Positions 23,537 through 35,800 of a DNA stretch of 64,000 nucleotides are shown here, in pieces (the first letter of the stretch is position 1; each line of letters opens with the position of its first letter). The translations under genes were made by a program, and so were the position numbers. The notes beneath the pieces were generated by a model. The model was not told the DNA's origin and did not search any database. It saw only the letters and a program-made list of their open reading frames with translations. Source of the stretch: Mesotaenium endlicherianum (lineage: Eukaryota); NCBI GenBank assembly GCA_009602735.1, contig WELA01001939.1, forward strand, positions 158,862 through 222,861. Direction: 5' to 3'.

Positions 23537-26500
23537 ATGAGTATGTGGGAAAATATAGTTTCTGGCCCCTACAAGTGGGGCCGGCTAGACGATCCTGACA
23601 ATGAGCCGCCAGTTCAAGAGTCTCTTCCTAGTCCTCCGAGAGATCCTTTGATTGTGCAAGGGAGCCATCGCACAGTCTATGTCAATGATCCCAGGGCTGG
23701 GATGCAATTTGGCTACAAGGTACGATCGACGCTAGACGATGATAGTATCTCGTGAAGTTTAGCTTGCTGACTGCACATGTTACACAAACGTAGGCCATCG
23801 GCAAACTATGTTTCTCATTTTCCTTATGTCTCCATGCACTCAATCATCAGAAAGTGGGAATTGCTGACTTGAGATTTGCAAAGATGCACCACCATGCTGT
23901 GACGATTAGCTGCTCCATTCACCTGTTGGATACGCTCTACACGACAATATCGGCTGGGGCTGGATCACTTGACCAGCTGCTTTCTAACACCACCCTCTTG
24001 GGCGCAGAACAATTCGGTCTCTACGACCAAGTACACTTCCGTCTCGTTCTTACCAAAGGGTCTCTTCGAACAGGTGAGTCACGGCTAAATTCACTATCTG
24101 TTATTCATGCCTAGGCCTGGCCTTTTTGTGGTCAAAGCTTGTTTGTGGGAGTATGAAGATGGGATTCATGAGGAGCCAACCATCTGCGGCAAAAGATGTG
24201 ACAATCAAAGATATGATGATGAAACATAATGCACTCTGGCTGTCAATTCTCCTCCACATTATGTTGTCAACAGCTCTTCATGAATATTTATTTCTGTCAT
24301 GGAGCTGCCTGGGAGCATCAGTATATCAGTAGCAGATCTTCAGGGACATCATTGGAAGCTCGGACAATTCACAAAGCTAGGCACTTGCACTCCGCTGCTG
24401 GATTGTCTGCTCCCTATCGGCGAATGCTGGGGCATACTTCACCCCATAATTGCTATCGCTCCGTCGCCTCAGAACCCATTCTCAGTTCCCAAGTGTGTAG
24501 GGTGTGGCGGGTGGGGGAGGGTTACGAGCGATAACTTTGTGGCAAAAGCCGGGCACGTCTGCCGCCCCTGGAAAGTTGTGGTCGACACTTTGGGGTCGCT
24601 TGCTCATGACAATCTGCGACGAAGGCTGGCGTAGGACGGACAAGACGAGTAGCAGGATGTGCTGACGCGATCAGAAGCCATAGAATCAGTTGTCTGTATA
24701 TTGCATCTGCCAGTAATCAGTGGTTGTCAGCAAGTGAGGAGGAGGAACGGGTGGTCTGATGGATACCTCAACTTGCTTCTTTCCTGCAAGTAATGGCCAC
24801 TTGCTGGTAGTGGGCACTTGCTGGTTCCATTGCAAGTGGACTTGAGCAGCTCAGTGCCTCTGTTGGGAAGGAGAAAAGGAGTTGGGGGGATGGGGAATGA
24901 AGGGGGGGGNNNNNNNNNNNNNNNNNNNNNNNNNNNNNNNNNNNNNNNGGGGGGGGGGACAAACGTTTTGTTGTATCCTGCAATTCTCATTATGTCACGC
25001 TCTGCTCTCGGTTCAACAACACCAATACAATATGGAGACTGGGTCGATGTCCGAAGTTGGCTGGTCCTTGGTGGGGGGGCCCAGGGAATTTTTTCTTTTC
25101 TCTTTGACACTCATCAGGTTGCACGTTGTGTAAAACACACACTCGGTTGTGAGACACATTCAGTTACCCCGTTCTGGCTGATGCCGTAGACATGTGATTA
25201 CTGTGTTGAGTTTGGTAGACACTTAGTCGCTCACATTCCTCGACTGTCACTAAGTAAAGCGGAGATGATGATGCCCTGGTGAATACTTAGTCCCTCTTAT
25301 TCCTCGACTGTCACTAAGTAGAGGGGAGGCAATGATCCCCTGCTTCCCGGGGTGTGTACAATGTCGGCTCTTGGTACTGTAGGTAGTGTAAGTTGAGGGC
25401 GAAAGAGAAAGAGGGGGGAAAGAGGGACAGGGGGGAGGGGGAGGTTTCACTTGGTGAGAAGCCTTTTGCCCTCTTAGGCCCTCTGATTCCTCGACTGTCA
25501 CTAAGTTGAAGGGAGATAGAAATGCTTAGCACTCAATTAGGATACTTGTGCCCCTGGGAGCTCTAGCTTGTGGAAAGCCCTAGCTTTGTAGAGCTCTTTT
25601 CTGTAGTTCACGGACAGGTGGCAAAGCCCTCTCTGTCCCAGTAGCTGCCTCAGGTGGCAAGGAAACCCTGCCTGGGCGTCCAGGTGGCACGCACACGGGC
25701 TGCCAGTCCTCAGGACGTGCTGTCTGGGCACCTACAAACACCTGAATGTTGATAGTTCCGACTGAATTTGTGCTTCCTCAGTGAGGTACTGCTTCCGGGG
25801 AACTTGTGTTCTTTGTATAGCTTGTGATTGATTCTACTTGATCGAAATAGGGTTCCTGGGGAAAGGTCATGCGAGCAGAGGGTGCAGACGGTGGGAGGAA
25901 GCTTCGCAGAGTGGCCCTCCTTTCTCTCTGCTCTAACGTCGCACTCTCTTGTTGCCCTCTGTTTTTTCTCTTCCGGGGGAAAGTTCCGGCGCGTCGCCAA
26001 CCTCTACTTCCTCCTCATCGCCATCCTGTCGGCGACACCTGTCAGGTGTGCGCACACCAGCAGCATCTGGCCCCTCCGTATCCCCCGCCCACCCCCNNNN
26101 NNNNNNNNNNNNNNNNNNNNNNNNNNNNNNNNNNNNNNNNNNNNNNNNNNNNNNNNNNNNNNNNNNNNNNNNNNNNNNNNNNNNNNNNNNNNNNNNNNNN
26201 NNNNNNNNNNNNNNNNNNNNNNNNNNNNNNNNNNNNNNNNNNNNNNNNNNNNNNNNNNNNNNNNNNNNNNNNNNNNNNNNNNNNNNNNNNNNNNNNNNNN
26301 NNNNNNNNNNNNNNNNNNNNNNNNNNNNNNNNNNNNNNNNNNNNNNNNNNNNNNNNNNNNNNNNNNNNNNNNNNNNNNNNNNNNNNNNNNNNNNNNNNNN
26401 NNNNNNNNNNNNNNNNNNNNNNNNNNNNNNNNNNTCCCATGGGGGGGGCGCAAGCAGGGGATATATAGCCCAAGGGCTGAGAGCTGGTGCTGAGACAACA

Positions 26501-28115
26501 GTTGTCACAAGGTTGTGTCTTCTATCCCCTGGTGTCGTCCAGTGCCCCCAAGTGTCCCCACGTAGTCTCACATGTCCCCAAGTGTCCCCGCGTGGTCGTA
26601 GCCGTTCTACATGGTCACACTTGCCCCCATGTGCCCCCAGGTATTTCCAAGAGGTGAGAGGACAGCACTAAGCACGTTCTCTTTCATTCTTTGCCAGCAA
26701 TGAGAGGAGGAGGGAGGAGGCTGTCATTGCAGCAGGGCCGTGGGGGGCACTTCTCCTGCAGCTCCAGCAGCAGCACCAGCAGCAGCAGCATTACTAGCAG
26801 CTCCAGCAGCAGCAGCAGCAGCGGCGCGAACGGCAGTGGGACCGACAGAAGCAGCACCAGGAGCAGCAGCAACAGCGGCAGCAGCAGCAGCAGGCGCAGC
26901 TGCGTGCGTGCGTGCTGGTCCTCGCGATTGGCTCCTGTTCTTGTCGCGAGCTGACAACTGGCGATGTAGAGGCTCGCAGATGCATGGGCAGGGGTGTGGA
27001 GAGGGCATTGTTCGCTGGTTGCTTACTAACTTTGTGAGAGATTCTTGCCGCGCTGGGCGGTCAGAGGAGGGGTGGCGGCTGTAAGCCGTGTATCTCACGC
27101 CCCGCACACACAGAGGACTCACCACTCTTGGGGGCAAACACTCGCGGTGCACGTGTCGCCGCACACGTGCTGATGTGGCAGGGCGACTCACCCCTGGGCA
27201 CACGGTAGGGCGTGATGACGTGTGGCGGGCGCCAGATGACGTGTGGGGGCTTGCTGACACGTGGCTGGCTGCAGCTGTGGCTGGCCGTCCTGACACGCGG
27301 CTGAGCGTGACGCCGTATAACACAGTGGGGCTTGTGGCGCATGCATATGTGCGTGCCTGCCTACGTGCCTGCCTGCCTGCGTGCATGCGTGCGTGCAGTC
27401 CTGTCCATCCGATGACCAACATCGCGCCGTTGGTGCTCGTGCTTGCCGCCTCGCTTATTAAGGAGGCCTTTGAGGACCGAGTGAGCTTTCCTTCTCTCCC
27501 TCCCCTCTTTTAGACCCATTCCCCCCCCCCCGGCGCGCCCCCTCTCCAGCCCTTTCCTCTTGGCCCTACGCCTCCCATTCCCCATTCTCACCTCCCCTTA
27601 TCACCATCATCCTCCTTGTACTCCCCTCTTCCTCCTTCATACCCTCTTTCTCCCTCTCTTTCCCTCCCTGCAATTCCTCCTTCCTCCTCTTTCTCCAATT
27701 GTTGACCTGGCTGCCCCAGGTGAACCGCTGTTGGTCTCCTCCTCCTCTTCTTCCTTACGTCTCCTGCAGGTGCCCCCTGTCAGAGTGTCTCCTGCAGTGA
27801 ACTTATAATTTTGTGCTGTTGCCAGGTGGCACACGCAACCCTTCCAACATGCAAGCTTTCTCCCTGCACATTCTTGAATGCAAGACAGAGCTCCTGCTGC
27901 AGCGACCAGCCATCTTTTGGGATTTGCTTGTGCACAAACATCATCCAACCATCTATATACGATGGCTGCGTGCGTGGGTGTGCGCGCATGCTTTTGCATC
28001 CGTGTTGCGCGCATGCGCGTGGCCGTGGGTGCGTGTTTTCTCATGCCCGCAAGCGAGCTCACGTGCGTGTGCGTGTATGCGTGCATGCATGCTTGCGGGG
28101 GGGGGGGGGGGGGGN

Positions 28116-28158
<43 letters not shown>

Positions 28159-31100
28159 GGTTTTGCGTGCAAACGCGTCGGCGCGCGCGCGAGGGGAGAG
28201 CAGAAGCGGCACACGCAGGACAAGATCATCAACGCCACCATCACAGAGGTGCTGCGCGCCAACGAGTGGGTCGTCATCCCCTGGAGCGCCGTGCGCGTGG
28301 GCGACATCGTCCGGGTGAGTTGCATCTCTTGAACTCTTAATCATTCTTCTGGCGAGAGTTTTGTGACGTCGTAATGCGCCTCCTTCTTTTCGACGCCACC
28401 CGCACACCCGCCCGCTAGCCCAGTCCTTCTCACGCCTGCCCGCTCCCCTGCTCCCGCTCGATCGGTGTTCAGCCGCTTGCTTGCTACACGCAGGGTGGTG
28501 CTCCAATTGCGGCAAAAGGTATATATATGCTGGCGCTGCGGACAGACAGTAAGGCTTTGGAAATGTGGCAGGGGTTAGTATACATAGGAATTACGAGAGA
28601 CGAGAAGAAGGTGGTTTAAGGGGGCAACCCAAGGCAGCCCGGGGCCAGCGGGGAGGGAGGGGAGGCCTCTGTAGGCAAGCTATCGAGCGAAATGACAAGA
28701 CAGGGCATAGATCATGGTTCCTAGAGTCTAATTTGGTGTCGGCACGCGGCATGCCCTTGTTGCAAAAGGGAGTAGCACACGCTGTGTCACCATGCAGCAG
28801 CAGCAGTACCACCAGCAGCAGTAGCAGCAGGAAGGGGAAGCAGCAGCAGATGCAGTAGCAGCACTAGCAGCAGCAATGGGCACAGCAGTGGCTAGCAGCT
28901 GCCGGAGCAGCAATAGGAGGAGCAGGAGCACTTGCAGCAGAAGCTGCAGCAGCAGCAGCGACAGCGACAGCACTTAGTTCGGCTGTGGCCTGTGAGCGTT
29001 GCTTAGGGGTCAGAACCTCACCCGCTGGCGGAACCAGCCATCTGGTCAGCCAGCTGGTCAGCCAGTCAGTCAGTCAGCCAGTCGGCGGGGTGGTTGGCCA
29101 CTATAGCCGGGAGAAGGCAAATGGAAAAGCAGAGGACAAAACGGAGGAGACGGCAGTGCCGCGTCCCTGCAAGCTTTCACACACGTGCCACTTTTCCGTG
29201 CCACTTGTCCGTCTGCCCTGAGCTGCCCCCTTCTAAGTGGGCCTGGGGCTTTGTCTGGGGTGGTGGGCGGGGATGGGACCGTGCAGCGTGTGCCTGGTTC
29301 CCATGCAACGTCTTTACGTGGGCCTGGGTCACCACGGGACATCGTAAGGGGAAACTGAATACTTGGCGCGCATGTGTGTTGAAGTTATATTGAGCTCTGC
29401 TCTTCTGGGCTGCCCTCTGATGTGCGTGGGGCTGCGCACGCGGGATGTCCCCGCATTTTTTTGTGGGGCTGGGTCGCCACGGGCCAGCGAGAGAAGGAGA
29501 AAGGCGGGGGGGNCGGAGCCGACATGTGGCGTGCGAGTAGGCACACGGCGTGATTCAAAGAACCCAAGAGAGATGAGGAACTCCGGCAGCAGCAGCAGCA
29601 GCAGCAGCCACCACCTGCACCTGCTCCTGCTTGCTGCGAGCGGGGCCCTCTCTCACATCCCAGGCTCTCACCATCGCCCCCTGGCACACTCACACTTCCC
29701 CCCCCTCCCTCTCCCTCCCTCTCCCTCTCCCTCCCTCTCTTTCCCTCTCTCACACTCTCTCCCTTGCGTGCTGGTGGTTGGACCAAGGATGTGTTCCCAA
29801 CCCTCCTGCTTGCCCTGCTCCCACCACCCCCTTCGCGGTCTTGCTCGGCCGACACCAACAAGAGGGAGGGAACCCAGCAATGCCCGGCTGCACCCTGGTG
29901 TGAGAAGAGCACCACAGCCACCGCCGGTACACACGCCTTTCCGCTGGAATTTGTCTTGACCCAGGTGCCAGCTGTTACCGCGCCTGGCAGCTCTGACCTC
30001 CCACAGAGAGCCCCGAGCAGTCTCTCTGTCGTTGTTCTTTACCAGCGCCATTTCCACGCGCGTTCCTTATTCTCCTCCCCTCCCCTCCCCCCCCCTCACC
30101 TCGATTCCTCTTCTCTTTCAATTCCTTGTCTCCTCTCTCCTCTGCCCTCTCCCGGTTACCCATGCTGCTAGCTTCCTGAGGGGAGGCAGCCCAACCTTAT
30201 GGTGGTGGTGGTGGTGGATGGGGTTTCTTATTAGATTGATCTCAGATTGAGATACCAAGCCCCGAATGCTGTTTGTGAAAAGGAGGTGCGAGCGGTGTGT
30301 GCTACATGACGGCGCCTGTGCAAAGGTTATCCTCTCAAGAAGGGCTGTTGCAGGGCATGATACGGGTAGGCATCGGTGGTGGTGGCTGGGGGGGGGGGCT
30401 GTGTGTTGGACGTGCGTAGACGTCGAATCTGGATGGGGAAACAAACCTGAAGATTCGGCGGGCGCTGGAGAGGACGTGGGACTACGTCACGGCCGACGCT
30501 GCCCACGAGTTCAAAGGTGTGTGTGTGTGTGTGTGTGCGTGCGCGTGCGTGCGTGCATGTGTGTGTTTGTGTGTGTGAGTGCATGTGTGTGTGTGTGTGT
30601 GTGTTTGCATGTGTATGCGCTAGTGTGTTATGCGTGCGTGTGTTTGTGTGTGTGTGCATGTGTGTGCGTGTGTGTGCGCGCGCGCGTGTGTGTGTGTTTA
30701 TTTACGAGGGACTGGAGAGCTATCTGCCCTTTCTAGACCTTGAGGATTATTGTGGGGCTACTGCTGCGGCTCTAAGTGAGCCTGTGCACGCGTGCATGGG
30801 GATGTACATTGGCGCACCTGTACACGCACGTGTATGTTAGGGGGGGGAGGGGCGGTGGGTGTGAGGAAGGGAGATGGGTGAGTGGGGGAGATGTGTGGAT
30901 GTGTCAATGTGTGGATGTGTGTCTTCTGCATGGGGGGGGGCAGGCATGGTGGAGTGCGAGCAGCCCAACAACTCGCTCTACACCTTCACCGGCAACCTCG
31001 TGGTCGGCAAGCAGACCATCTCCATCTCGCCCAACCAGATCCTTCTCAGGGTACGTGCGCGCGCTCCCTCTCTCCCTCTCTCCCTCCCCTCCTCCCTCTC

Positions 31101-32180
31101 CCTCTCCCTCTCCCTCTCCCGCTTGGCGTGTCCCTGTCTCCCTCTCCCTCTCTCTCTCGGACTGCCTGCGCTTGCGGCTCCTGCCCCTACGCAAGCCAGG
31201 CGGCTGCCGTCACACGCCCGCCTGCATGCCTGCTCCGTAGATCGGGCCGTCTGTGCGCCGCCATCACTTGGTGGGCAGCGGTCCAGTGAGGTGGGTGCTT
31301 AGGAGGGCTGGACCCTCGGCTTACAGCAAGCTGCCAGCGACTGGTGGAATGTGACCAGTTGCGACCCTTCTTGTATGCCTCCGAGACCCCAGTCACTGAT
31401 GGACGCTAGGGGAGCCAGGTCCCTGGATGTGCACGATGGGAGGCTCGGAACATGGGCCGTGCTGGCCAACAGAGTTCAAATGTGGGGCAGAACGGGCCAA
31501 AGCTGTGGCTTGAAGATTGTGGATCTTGAAATAGGCAGGTGGCTCCCCCCCCTCCCCCCCCGTGCGTCTGGCGATGAGTTCGTTGGGCGGTTTCTGTACG
31601 GGTGTAGGATGTGCTTGGCTGGCGATGCGTACTGCACGTGATTTTCCTTTGTGCTCATCATTGTGAATGTGCCTCTCTGTGTGCGTGTGTGTGTGTGTGT
31701 GCGTGTGTCGTGTCTCTGTGTCAACAGGGGTGCAGCCTGCGCAACACTGACTGGGTGGTGGGAGCTGTTATCTTCACGGGACACGAGACCAAGGTACTTG
31801 TCGACGGCCACAAAGTCTCTTGACCCTTCCCCCCCCTTCCTTCCTGCCTCCGGGCTCCCTGCAGTCTTTATTTTTATAGTGCCTGCATCCACCCCCCCCT
31901 GCTAGCAGGCTCTGCAGGGCGACAAGATGGGTGCATCTTGTCTTTGTGGGAGCCTCTTATTTTGTTCCTCTACTGGTCTCTTCCCCCCTAAGGCCCGTCC
32001 ACTTCTGCGCTTCCTCAAAAGCTCCTCCTCTTCCCTTCGTCTGCGCTGCCTTGCACAGGTGATGATGAACACCATGGACGTGCCGTCAAAGCGCAGCACC
32101 CTGGAGCGCCGCATGGACGTCGTCATCCTCATCCTCTTCGGCATCCTCTTCACCCTCTGCTTCATCGGAGGCGTCGCCAG

Positions 32181-32274
<94 letters not shown>

Positions 32275-32800
32275 NCGTGTGCTTTCTCGTTGTTCCCTGT
32301 TTGCACAAGAAGTGCCTTGGGTACTCTCTGTTGGGCTCTTTTTCTCTCTCTCTCCCTCTTTGCCTCACTTGGGTTCTCTTAATCCCTGTCTATCCCTCTC
32401 TCCCTTCTTCCCATTCCCCTCCCTCTGGCTCGTTCTTGTCTCCGCCCCCCCTTGCCTTCTATCCCTCTCCCTCACCTCTCTCGTTCTCCTCTCCCGCCGT
32501 CCCCCCCTCCCTCCCTCTCTGTCTCCCTCTTCTTTCTACATGAGGTTGGCGGCGGAGGTGTGTGCCCATTTCTATATGCGTGAGTTTTGTGGGGCTCACA
32601 AGCAGTGCCACAGGTTCGGCTTTGGGGACATCTTCGTTAAGATGAGTCAGTGTTAATGGTACTGATAGTATTCATCATGCGCTGGGCAAGGATGCGCGGC
32701 CTTGTTGTGTCTATCGTGTGACGGGTAGTTCAAAATCAGGCAGGCGAGTGTGACAGGTCGTCACAGGCGTTCCCTGTATGTGCTTACCTCTACACGCCGT

Positions 32801-32831
<31 letters not shown>

Positions 32832-35800
32832 TGGTGTGTGTGTTTGTGCATGCAGTGCGGCCTTCCTGGACCGCAAGTACTGGTTCCTGCAGCTCAAGAC
32901 AGGTGTCGACGCCCAGTACGACCCCAGCAACGGCTTTGTGGTATGCCGCCCGCCGTGCTGGCGCCCCTTGGCCGCCTTCCCCCTCCCCTCCCCCTTCCCC
33001 TGTCGCTTCCTCCCCCACCTTCTACCTTCAAGTTGTGCAGCTCACCCATGCTTGCGCTCCCCAACCTCCTCCCCCCTCCCTCGTCCCTCCCTCCCTCACC
33101 TTCTCTCTCCCTCTACTCCATCAAGCTGCGGAATTATTGCAAAGTGGCTTGCGCCCCTACGCCAGAACCGCCCCGGAGAGTGACTGATGATGTAGACGAA
33201 ATATTCTTGAGCTATTCTGGGGAAGGGGAGCCGCATCGGGGCCGCTGCAAGACGTCCTCTGCTGCGCTCATGGGCGCCAGCTGGCAGTCACCCCTTCTCC
33301 CGTGTCTGACTCTCTCTCTCTCCCTGTGCCGCTCTGCCTCCCCGGTCGGGCGATGCTGCCGTGGGCGTGGGCGTGAGTGCGTGACAGGTGGCATCGCTGA
33401 CGTTCTTCACGCTGGTGACGCTGTTTGCCACCGTCATCCCCATCTCGCTCTACGTCTCCATCGAGGTACGTAGCGCAAGCGCGCGTGCATGCATGCGCTG
33501 TCCGTCATTCCTTGCCCACTCCTCCCTCTTCTGGTTTTGGCTGCGGCCGCAGCGGTTGCGCTGCCGCGCGTGGGCGCTGCTGCATGTGCGCTGCCGTGTG
33601 TGCGCTGCCGAGTGCGCGATGCAGTGTGCCCGCTGCTTGCTCCTCATTCACCTGCTCTTGGATTTGTCCACCGGCCACAGGCCCGGGCCATGAGGCTTCG
33701 AGATTTGGACTCCCTGAGTGGTGTGTGCTGGAGGTTCGGGGCAAAGTTCTCCTGTGCCTTGGGGCTCAGGCCTTTGAGCTTGGGGCATCACTCCTGTCTC
33801 AGAAAGAAAGGGTGGAATTATTGTGGGGGTTGAGTTTTACAGAGAGGGAGTAAGTGAGGGGGGGGAGGGAGGGGGGCAATGATTGCCCAGGTTTTTTTTT
33901 CCCGGCAGGAAAGCCAGTGCATCCCAAAATCGACGGGGGACTGGAATGCTTCACGTCTCCTCTGCAAGGGCGTGTCGGTTTTAGTGCAGACGCTCGCTGG
34001 TCCGGTATCCTTCCTCGCACACTCTAGGTAGGCACGGGCAGGGCGCCCGCGGGGGGGGGGGGGCAAGGGCAGTGAGAGAGCAAAAGAGGGGAGGCGAAGG
34101 GAGGGGAGATGGCGAGTGAGATGATTTAGAGTGTGAGGACCTTGGTGGGTTCTGGTAGAACTCTTCAGGAGAGAGTGTATGCATGTATGCAAGCATGCGC
34201 GTGTGCGTCGTGCGTCGCGTCCTGTGTCGGTCAACTTGCCAGTCAACTTGCTGGTCAACTCGGGACCCAAAAATGGTCACTGTCCCCTTCTGGCACGCTT
34301 CCGTGCCATGCACTCTTGCTCGCTTGCCCGTTCCCTCACTTGTTCACCCGCTTACTCCTCGCGCGTGTGCCTGCCGGCCTGCCTGTGGGCTGCTTGGCTG
34401 TGGGCTGCTTGGGGTGTGGGGGTATGTGTGTTTTGGGGGGGGGGNNNNNNNNNNNNNNNNNNNNNNNNNNNNNNNNNNNNNNNNNNNNNNNNNNNNNNNN
34501 NNNNNNNNNNNNNNNNNNNNNNNNNNNNNNNNNNNNNNNNNNNNNNNNNNNNNNNNNNNNNNNNNNNNNNNNNNNNNNNNNNNNNNNNNNNNNNNNNNNN
34601 NNNNNNNNNNNNNNNNNNNNNNNNNNNNNNNNNNNNNNNNNNNNNNNNNNNNNNNNNNNNNCCCCCCCCCCCCCCCCTCGCCCAAAAACAAGCCCGAGAT
34701 TCTAAACCCTGTCCCTGAGCCCCCATTGATGAACCTCTCATTTTGCGCCTGCAACTTTAACCTCACGGGGAAGCCGGGCAGGTCTGTCATCTCCTTGCTA
34801 CTGGAAATGTGAACACCCGTTTCCTGTAGACTTGACCTAGTCTCCCACTTGCCCGCACCTCCACCCCAACAGGTGCGTTCCTGCCCTGCGAGTCCCAAAC
34901 CCCCTACCCCAAATCCCAAACTTCATACCCTTAGCCCCAGACCCTGCTCCAGACCTCCGACCTTAGACTCTCAACCCTAAATCCGAACCTTAAATGTTCA
35001 ACTTGGAGTTGTACCCTCAACCGTAAAATCTCCTTCTCATGAAACCGTGGGCCTCGCTTTCCAGACCTCTGGGTTAGAGTCTGTTCCTACTGGCGAGTTA
35101 AACTGACGCGTTTTCTCTCTCCTTGCGCCAGGTGGAGTACATCTTCTCCGACAAGACGGGCACGCTGACGCGCAACCAGATGGAGTTCTTTAAGTGCTCC
35201 ATCGCCGGCGTCACGTACGGGACAGGTGTCACCGAGATCCAGCGCGCCGCCGCCCTGCGCACCGGCATCCCCGTCGTCGAGGTCCGTCCAATCGTCGATC
35301 TTGCCACCCACCCCTCTCGAGCCCCCACCCGGCCCTCACCATCTCCCTCCTCTCTATGTCGTCGGTGCTGTTCTCGCCTTTGCCCTCAATGTGGTTGGTA
35401 GTGTTCCTGACAATGATATGATCTGATGGCCCAAAGGGGTCAAATGAAGTCAGATAAGAATGTACACAGCGCATGCATGATTGGCAGTGATACAGCCCCC
35501 GAAGAGCACAAACACTTGCAGAACTCAATATGCTTGCATGGTTGTATAAAGTACGACATGGATAAGGACGTCGTGACGAGACCTACGCTCCCTCGTGTGC
35601 TGACTCCCCCGGTCGTGTACATCTGATTGTCAACAATCTAGCCTCTCTTGACCCCCCCCATTCCCCCCNCTCCTTCCTCTTGAGTTGCCCTCATACTCTT
35701 CTCTCTATGGCAGACTCTTGACGCTCCCACGTGCAGCTGACCCTCAAATCTCAAATCCGAATTGGCTTAGCTGGAACACCCGAACCCTGACCATTCTAGC

